DNA from: Methanobacteriota archaeon
GTDB lineage: Archaea > Thermoplasmatota > Poseidoniia > Poseidoniales > Thalassarchaeaceae
Length of the DNA stretch: 64,000 nt
Assembly (NCBI GenBank): GCA_002730095.1
Contig: PBZE01000019.1
Location: 9,071-73,070, forward strand
Direction: 5' to 3'
A program made the position numbers and the translations under genes. Position 1 is the stretch's first letter. Each line of letters begins with the position of its first letter. Shown here piece after piece: positions 58,484-64,000 of the stretch. The notes under the pieces were generated by a model. That model made no database searches, was not told where the DNA came from, and saw nothing but the letters and a program-made list of their open reading frames with translations.

Positions 58484-60742
58484 TTAGGATCTGAGCGAGA
58501 TTGAGATCTCAATCCATTTAGAGGTGGGGGTGTTACTGCCTTCCGCTGTACTCTCTAGAGGAACTAGAACATTTGCCTCTGGGAAGTATGAGCATAGATT
58601 ACCTCTAGGTATGTCATAGGGAACTACCTTCCACCTCTCTGAGCATATCTTCCTCTCTCCCCAATGACTTGTCAGATCTACTTCCTGACCTGCTGAAGCC
58701 CCGATATCTCTCATGTCATCTTTGTTCATCATGACTACTCTCCTAGCGTTGTAAATACCCCTGTACCTGTCATCCATACCATAGATCGTGGTATTGTACT
58801 GGTCGTGACTCCTAACTGTCATCAGAATGAACCTTCCATCTTCTAACGACCTTTCTGGGAGATCGTGACAGAAGAAATGGGCCTTTCCGGAAGAGGTGTT
58901 CCAACTTGGCCCATCCCTAGGACCATTTGGGAGGTAGAATCCACCTTTGGAACGCACCCTGGTGTTGTAGTCCTCAAATCCTGGTATGCATCTGGAGATC
59001 AGGTATCTGGTATTCTCATGGTCGTGATAAATATTCCAGTCAAGAGGCCCATCTGGATACAGCTTTTTCCCGATTCTGCAGATAATCTCGGGCTCTGAAA
59101 GCAGGCTCTTTGAGGCTGGTTCCAAGGACCCTCTGCTTGAGTGGACCAATCCCATAGAATTCTCCACGGTTACGAAACCAGCTGGATCTTTCTCGGTTCT
59201 CCCGAGACAGGGGAGGATGAGAGCTTCTTTGCCTGTTATCAAATGTGACCTGTTGAGTTTGGTCGATATTTGTACTGTCAGATCTATCTTGGAAATCGCC
59301 TCGGCAACTCTCTCTGTGTCTGACATTGCTGAAACTAAGTTTCCACCAAGGGCCATGAATGTCCTAACCTTTCCTTGTAATGCGGCCTGGATGAATTCAA
59401 CAACATCATACCCTCTTTTCCTGGGCATATTGATTCCAGTCTCTTTCTCGCAGGAATCAAGAAAACCCTCACTTGGGTGATGGTTAATTCCAACGGTTCT
59501 ATCACCTTGGACGTTGGAGTGCCCTCTGACGGGGCATGCTCCAGCTCCTGGCTTACCGAAGTGCCCTCCAGCGAGAAGGAGATTTGTTATCTCCTGGATT
59601 ATAGCTACGCTATTCTCATGCTGAGTAAGGCCCATTGCCCAACAAACGATCAGCCTCTCTGATTTGGCAATGGCCGTTCCAACATTCTCTATTCTCTTTC
59701 GAGAAACCCCCGACTGTATCAGAATATCATCCCAGCTCACAGAGTCTATGTGCCTCTCCCACTCTTCGAATCCCAAGGTATTTTTCGAAATGAAGTCCGA
59801 ATCTATCGCCCCCAGGGACAGCATTGTCTTAGCGAATCCCTGTAGCAGGGCGGCATCTCCACCGATTCTTACAGGTAGGTGTTCGTCCGCAATCTGGGCA
59901 CCTCTGCCAATTATGTGCAACGGCTTTTGGGGATGCTTGAATCTCTTCATTGCCGTCTCCTCAAGTGGATTGATACTAACGACAGAGCCCCCGTTCTCCT
60001 TGCATGCGGCTAGTGCGGTTAGCATCCTTGGATGGTTAGTTCCGGGATTCTGGCCTATTACCAATATCAGGTCCGCTTCTTCGAAGCAAGACAGCTTTAC
60101 TGTTCCCTTGCCTATCCCTATAGAACCAGATAGTGCGACACCACTAGACTCGTGACACATGTTGCTGCAATCGGGAAGATTGTTTGTACCGATCTGTCTA
60201 GCTAGAGTCCCCCAAAGGAATGCAGCCTCATTTGAGGCCCTTCCACTGGTGTAGAATACGTTATCATCTGGATTCTCGGACTTACTAATCGATGATGCGA
60301 TAATTTGGAATGCACTCTCCCAATCTATTTCTTCATAGTGTTCAGAACCATCTCTCAGGAACAATGGATTTGTGATCCTTCCCATCTTATCCAATTCCAT
60401 GTCAGTGAGTTTCGACAGCTCGTTAACAGAGAGTTCTCTGAGATCATCTGGAGTCACTCTCTTCCTAGTGGCCTCAGTAGCGAATGCCTTGGCGCCATTC
60501 TCACAGAACTCGAAACTGCTTCTGTGATCGTCTGGATCAGGCCAAGCACACCCTGGACAGTCATATCCGTCAAATCTATTCACAGTCAGCATCGACTGTA
60601 ATGTTCTTTTGATACCGGCTTCCTGTAAGCCAATGGAAAATGACTTCTGAACTCCCACAATCCCTGCTGCGGTATTCTTTGGCTTTCCGATTCGGAGCCT
60701 CTCCTCTTTTATCGGAGGTTGGGCACTAGGGTTACGGGGCAC
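58484..60742 (-). CDS. Molybdopterin oxidoreductase of the FdhF/YdeP family
   Basis: The N-terminal CPGCAWPDP...EFCENGAKA is YdeP-like. The 752-aa protein has MopB-type domains. There is no in-frame TGA, so no selenocysteine. Confidence 0.7.
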   Translation of the reverse strand: MPRNPSAQPPIKEERLRIGKPKNTAAGIVGVQKSFSIGLQEAGIKRTLQSMLTVNRFDGYDCPGCAWPDPDDHRSSFEFCENGAKAFATEATRKRVTPDDLRELSVNELSKLTDMELDKMGRITNPLFLRDGSEHYEEIDWESAFQIIASSISKSENPDDNVFYTSGRASNEAAFLWGTLARQIGTNNLPDCSNMCHESSGVALSGSIGIGKGTVKLSCFEEADLILVIGQNPGTNHPRMLTALAACKENGGSVVSINPLEETAMKRFKHPQKPLHIIGRGAQIADEHLPVRIGGDAALLQGFAKTMLSLGAIDSDFISKNTLGFEEWERHIDSVSWDDILIQSGVSRKRIENVGTAIAKSERLIVCWAMGLTQHENSVAIIQEITNLLLAGGHFGKPGAGACPVRGHSNVQGDRTVGINHHPSEGFLDSCEKETGINMPRKRGYDVVEFIQAALQGKVRTFMALGGNLVSAMSDTERVAEAISKIDLTVQISTKLNRSHLITGKEALILPCLGRTEKDPAGFVTVENSMGLVHSSRGSLEPASKSLLSEPEIICRIGKKLYPDGPLDWNIYHDHENTRYLISRCIPGFEDYNTRVRSKGGFYLPNGPRDGPSWNTSSGKAHFFCHDLPERSLEDGRFILMTVRSHDQYNTTIYGMDDRYRGIYNARRVVMMNKDDMRDIGASAGQEVDLTSHWGERKICSERWKVVPYDIPRGNLCSYFPEANVLVPLESTAEGSNTPTSKWIEISISLRS

Positions 60743-60779
60743 GCTATCACGTTCCTGTGGTAGTTCAAATCGGTTGGCA

Positions 60780-61373
60780 TCATGCTGAGTTGGTATTCTT
60801 GATTTCCGTATCTTTTATCATGTTCCGTCTAATCAGGAGTAATGCGACCAAAGTAGCGAAAGAAATTGCCAAAATTGGGAATAATAACGCGATTATGGTC
60901 AAGGCAACACTGGCTATATTCTCACCGGTAGCTACCACGGGATTGGCGGTTCCAAGGGTGAGGGTAGAGCTGATTCCCCTTGCCGCGACTGTCGCTGTCT
61001 GAATTGTAGCTGACATTCCTCCACCAGCGATTATTGCTACTGCCCACTGAATTATTGGCTCACTCCCTTCGAGAGAAATTGCGGTCATTCCAACTCCGGA
61101 AATCACTGCTGCTGGTGTGGCAATGGTATCTAGGAGATTATCTATGAAGGGGACATAGTAAGCAGCAAATTCAGCAAGCATTGCTATTCCCAATAGGATG
61201 ATCGCTGGGGTGGAGGTGAAGAATTCGAACTGAGTCCCGATTAGTTCGATATCGACTATTCCTGATCTCACTGCAAGTGCCATTAGAAATGGAGGAAGGA
61301 AAACACGGAATCCAGAGGCTGCAGCTAGACTGACTCCCATGAATGCAGCGATAACCAGGGTGAAGCCTTCCAT
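60780..61373 (-). CDS. DUF4126-like multi-pass membrane protein
   Basis: The 197-aa protein has about 5 hydrophobic helices and GFRVFLPPF near the N-terminus. Confidence 0.4.
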   Translation of the reverse strand: MEGFTLVIAAFMGVSLAAASGFRVFLPPFLMALAVRSGIVDIELIGTQFEFFTSTPAIILLGIAMLAEFAAYYVPFIDNLLDTIATPAAVISGVGMTAISLEGSEPIIQWAVAIIAGGGMSATIQTATVAARGISSTLTLGTANPVVATGENIASVALTIIALLFPILAISFATLVALLLIRRNMIKDTEIKNTNSA

Positions 61374-61436
61374 GATGCTTCGATAAGGCCGACTCGTATT
61401 AATGCAGACCCGAAATTAGTTCCGAACACGGGTTTG

Positions 61437-61946
61437 CTAATCTCCCAACTCAACGAGTGTTGCACCCATATCGACTCTGTCTCCCTGATTGAAATTGATG
61501 GAAGTGACCTCTCCGGATTTTGGAGCTAGTATTCTGTGTTCCATCTTCATTGCTTCCATGGTCATCAGAGGTTGTCCTTCTCTGACTCTCTGTCCTTCTT
61601 TCACCATGACCTCTAGAATGGTCCCAGGCATAGGGGCAGAAAGTCCGCCCGCGGATCTATCCGAGGATTTGCTTCCCTTCTCTACCTCGTTGACGGTATA
61701 TACCTCGCCCTCCAAGTGAATCCACCATTTGTCCCCAATTTTTGCCACATGAGCAAATCTTGTTCCTCTATCGGTCTCCAGAATGATTCTGGAGTCGTCC
61801 CCTGCCTTAGAAATTCTAATCTCCGAAACATCATTTATGATTCCATTGATCGAAACTGAAGTGGTTGTAACCATCCCCTCTCTTTCAGTCAGATCTACTG
61901 AGAATTTTTCATCTGAATCAGGAATTTCCCACTCCATATCAATCAC
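61437..61946 (-). CDS. Biotin carboxyl carrier protein (biotinyl/lipoyl domain)
   Basis: The biotinylation motif EAMKM sits in the C-terminal ~70 aa. It is adjacent to the biotin carboxylase gene with a zero gap. Confidence 0.8.
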   Translation of the reverse strand: MIDMEWEIPDSDEKFSVDLTEREGMVTTTSVSINGIINDVSEIRISKAGDDSRIILETDRGTRFAHVAKIGDKWWIHLEGEVYTVNEVEKGSKSSDRSAGGLSAPMPGTILEVMVKEGQRVREGQPLMTMEAMKMEHRILAPKSGEVTSINFNQGDRVDMGATLVELGD

Positions 61947-63515
61947 CTATGGGAATCTCCTCGACAGTGTCCTGAATGGGTCACCGGGATGGCCCGAATG
62001 ATCATCCAAATCCGTGTATGAAACCGAATTCATGGACCTATCTAGACCTAGCCTCTTAGCTGAAGCTGCAATAGAGACGAGGGTTTTCGGATCGGAGTAC
62101 TCTGGGTCGAATTCTGTAATTGGCGTACTATCCAAGAAGTCTGTTGTTATGCTTCCTGATTTGAAGGACTGATGCAACAGTGCGTTTCTCAGGAATCCTA
62201 TATTGGTAGTAACTCCAAGGGCGACGAAGGAGGATAGGGCATTGTCCATCCTTCTTATCGCAGATATCCTATCTGGTGCATGAACAATCAGTTTAGCCAA
62301 CATTGGATCGAAGTCGACTGTTACCTCGTCCCCTTCCCTGACTCCTGAGTCCACCCTGATGCCAGGTCCGGTTGGAGGCCTCCAGATTCCTAGATTACCA
62401 ATTGACGGTAGGAAACCGGACTTTGCATCCTCTGCATATATCCTAGCTTCAATGGAATGGCCGTTTATGCCGATTGAATCCTGAGAAATTCCAAGTTGCA
62501 TCCCTGAGGCGATCTCGAGTTGTTTTTGGACCAAGTCAATTCCAGTAATCATCTCTGTTACTGGATGCTCGACCTGCAGTCTTGTGTTCATCTCCAAGAA
62601 ATAATACTGCCCGTTTGGGGAGAGCAGCAACTCCACAGTTCCGGCTCCGACATAATCAACAGCCATTGCAGCTAGAACTGCTGATTCGCCCATAGATCTC
62701 CTAAGATCATCTGAAACAGCAGACGATGGTGCTTCTTCGATGACCTTCTGATGCCTCCTTTGTAGAGAGCAGTCCCTCTCATTGAGATGAATGCAGTTTC
62801 CATGTTTATCCGCTAGAACTTGAATCTCGATGTGTCTCGCTCCAGTGAGGAGCCTCTCGACATACACAGTCCCATCGCCGAATGCAGCGGATGCCTCCCT
62901 TGCTGCGGCTTCGTACTCTGTCCTGAGCATTTTTGGTTCGCGGACAACCCTCATTCCTTTCCCGCCCCCTCCAGCACTGGCTTTCAGGAGCAGGGGGTAG
63001 CCAACTCTGGCCGCCACGGAAGCCAATGCGCCCATGTGATCGCTCCCCTCTGGAATAGCTATTTCATCGCCTGGTATCACAGGCACTCCTGACTCTATCA
63101 TCCTAGATCTAGCTGATATTTTGTCACCCATTGTCTCTATGGCCTCTGGCGATGGGCCGATCCATACGATTCCTGCATTGACAACTGCTCGAGCAAAATC
63201 TGCTCTCTCTGAAAGGAATCCGTATCCGGGATGAATGGCCTGGGCGCCGGATGTTCTTGCAGCCTGTATGATAGCCTCAGAACTGAGATAGTTTTCTACT
63301 AAGGAATCACCGGGAAGATACACTGCTTCGTCTGCAATTTCTAAATGGAGCGCGTTTCTATCTGGATCTGAATATACTGCGATTGCTCTGAGACCTGCTT
63401 CCTGGACCGCTTTGATTATCCTAACTGCGATCTCCCCCCTGTTAGCAACAAGCACTGAGGAGAATGGTGTTGATGCTTCCTTCATCCACTCAGGAAACAT
63501 GACAAACACTCTCAA
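61947..63515 (-). CDS. Biotin carboxylase subunit of an acyl-CoA carboxylase
   Basis: The N-terminus VLVANRGEIAVRIIKA and the ATP-grasp motifs match biotin carboxylase. The ORF is 522 aa; the start may be the Met at 63485. Confidence 0.9.
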   Translation of the reverse strand: MRVFVMFPEWMKEASTPFSSVLVANRGEIAVRIIKAVQEAGLRAIAVYSDPDRNALHLEIADEAVYLPGDSLVENYLSSEAIIQAARTSGAQAIHPGYGFLSERADFARAVVNAGIVWIGPSPEAIETMGDKISARSRMIESGVPVIPGDEIAIPEGSDHMGALASVAARVGYPLLLKASAGGGGKGMRVVREPKMLRTEYEAAAREASAAFGDGTVYVERLLTGARHIEIQVLADKHGNCIHLNERDCSLQRRHQKVIEEAPSSAVSDDLRRSMGESAVLAAMAVDYVGAGTVELLLSPNGQYYFLEMNTRLQVEHPVTEMITGIDLVQKQLEIASGMQLGISQDSIGINGHSIEARIYAEDAKSGFLPSIGNLGIWRPPTGPGIRVDSGVREGDEVTVDFDPMLAKLIVHAPDRISAIRRMDNALSSFVALGVTTNIGFLRNALLHQSFKSGSITTDFLDSTPITEFDPEYSDPKTLVSIAASAKRLGLDRSMNSVSYTDLDDHSGHPGDPFRTLSRRFP

Positions 63516-63516
63516 C

Positions 63517-64000
63517 TTATTTTGGGGACCATTCGGGAGGTCTTCTCTCCAAGAACGCAGAGAGTCCCTCTTGGCCTTCTTGCGACTCTCTCATTTCACT
63601 TGTCTTCTCAAGTGTCCAAATCCTTAATTCCTCATCAGTTCCAGTCCACATGTCAAACTGAAGTGCGAGTTTCTTCGATTCATATACAGCCATCGGACCT
63701 GTGGTCAGAACTGTATCAATCATATTTTTTGTAGTCTCGACAAAATGCTCCTTATCATCTACCAAATCATTGACCCATCCAATTCTCAACGCCTCCTCGG
63801 AGTCAACTCTACTTGCAAGCATGGAGAGTCTTCTGAATTGTGAGCTTCCTATTTTCCTGTAAACATACGGCCCAATAACAGCTGGAAGAATACCGAGTTT
63901 TCCCTCAGATAGAGCGATTCTGGTCCTTGGTTCCCCTATTACATGGTCGGCACATGAGACGAGTCCTGCCCCTCCTCCAAGAGCGACTCCCTGAACACAG
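63517..64000 (-). CDS. Enoyl-CoA hydratase/isomerase (crotonase) family protein, 5' end beyond the window
   Basis: Crotonase-fold C-terminal helices are present, and the minus-strand translation upstream of the listed ORF continues as ...VQGVALGGGAGLVSCADHV. Confidence 0.65.
   Translation of the reverse strand, partial: CVQGVALGGGAGLVSCADHVIGEPRTRIALSEGKLGILPAVIGPYVYRKIGSSQFRRLSMLASRVDSEEALRIGWVNDLVDDKEHFVETTKNMIDTVLTTGPMAVYESKKLALQFDMWTGTDEELRIWTLEKTSEMRESQEGQEGLSAFLERRPPEWSPK

Noticed and set aside
58484-60742. Selenocysteine-containing formate dehydrogenase
   Set aside because: The ORF is uninterrupted with no in-frame TGA. The N-terminal motifs fit the non-seleno YdeP family.
1-64000. 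CRISPR arrays, rRNA genes and IS elements
   Set aside because: No spaced direct repeats appear in the few intergenic regions longer than 100 bp, no transposase- or integrase-like ORFs are present, and I saw no rRNA-like sequence, so none is reported.

Overview
This 64 kb window looks like a compact, gene-dense archaeal chromosome segment, about 90% coding, with mostly short intergenic gaps and frequent overlapping start and stop codons. The archaeal call rests on established family knowledge: a group II chaperonin (thermosome), the MC1 chromatin protein, the Holliday-junction resolvase Hjc, an Lhr-type helicase, Cdc48, a stand-alone Bud32 kinase, a TtuA/NcsA-type tRNA thiolase, and archaeal-type signal peptidase and site-2 protease. 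Many proteins are acidic, with large S/T/D/E-rich surface proteins and acidic C-terminal tails. Together with MC1 this suggests a Thermoplasmatota / Marine Group II (Poseidoniales)-like euryarchaeote; that lineage call is inference only.

I found one tRNA, tRNA-Gly(GCC) with an encoded CCA, and no rRNA, CRISPR array, transposase or integrase.

Housekeeping genes recognised:
- Cofactor and nucleotide metabolism: NadA, PyrG, FolC, dCMP deaminase, a CoaE-like kinase, a Mrp/ApbC Fe-S carrier and a low-molecular-weight phosphatase/ArsC-like protein.
- Translation and tRNA modification: ThrRS, SerS, and a rhodanese-domain TrhO-like gene overlapping the TtuA/NcsA-like thiolase.
- Chaperones: DnaK, thermosome, Cdc48.
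- Respiration: SdhA and SdhB with an unusual single 274-aa membrane subunit.
- Peptide and amino-acid catabolism: agmatinase, a membrane-anchored M14 carboxypeptidase, PepA, SDR-type threonine dehydrogenase, aldehyde dehydrogenase, and a biotin carboxylase / BCCP / enoyl-CoA hydratase cluster.
- Membrane proteolysis: S2P, signal peptidase I, and a presenilin/SPP-family protease.

Most worth follow-up:
- A three-gene membrane module (GldG-like/DUF4350, DUF58 with the REY..GD motif, and a polytopic membrane protein) that normally accompanies a MoxR AAA+ ATPase but here has none. It sits directly downstream of cdc48 and a PRC-barrel gene.
- An sHSP-like gene with an N-terminal Met-rich triple repeat occupying the position where grpE would be, upstream of dnaK and divergent from the thermosome gene.
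- A PAP2 lipid-phosphatase domain fused to a roughly 450-aa acidic extracellular region.
- A Cys/His-rich membrane protein with TFIIB-type zinc ribbons.
- A lipoprotein with thrombospondin-type-3 calcium-binding repeats and a PLC-like phosphodiesterase domain.
- An MC1 chromatin protein.

All functional calls come from reading motifs in the translated ORFs by eye. I ran no database search.
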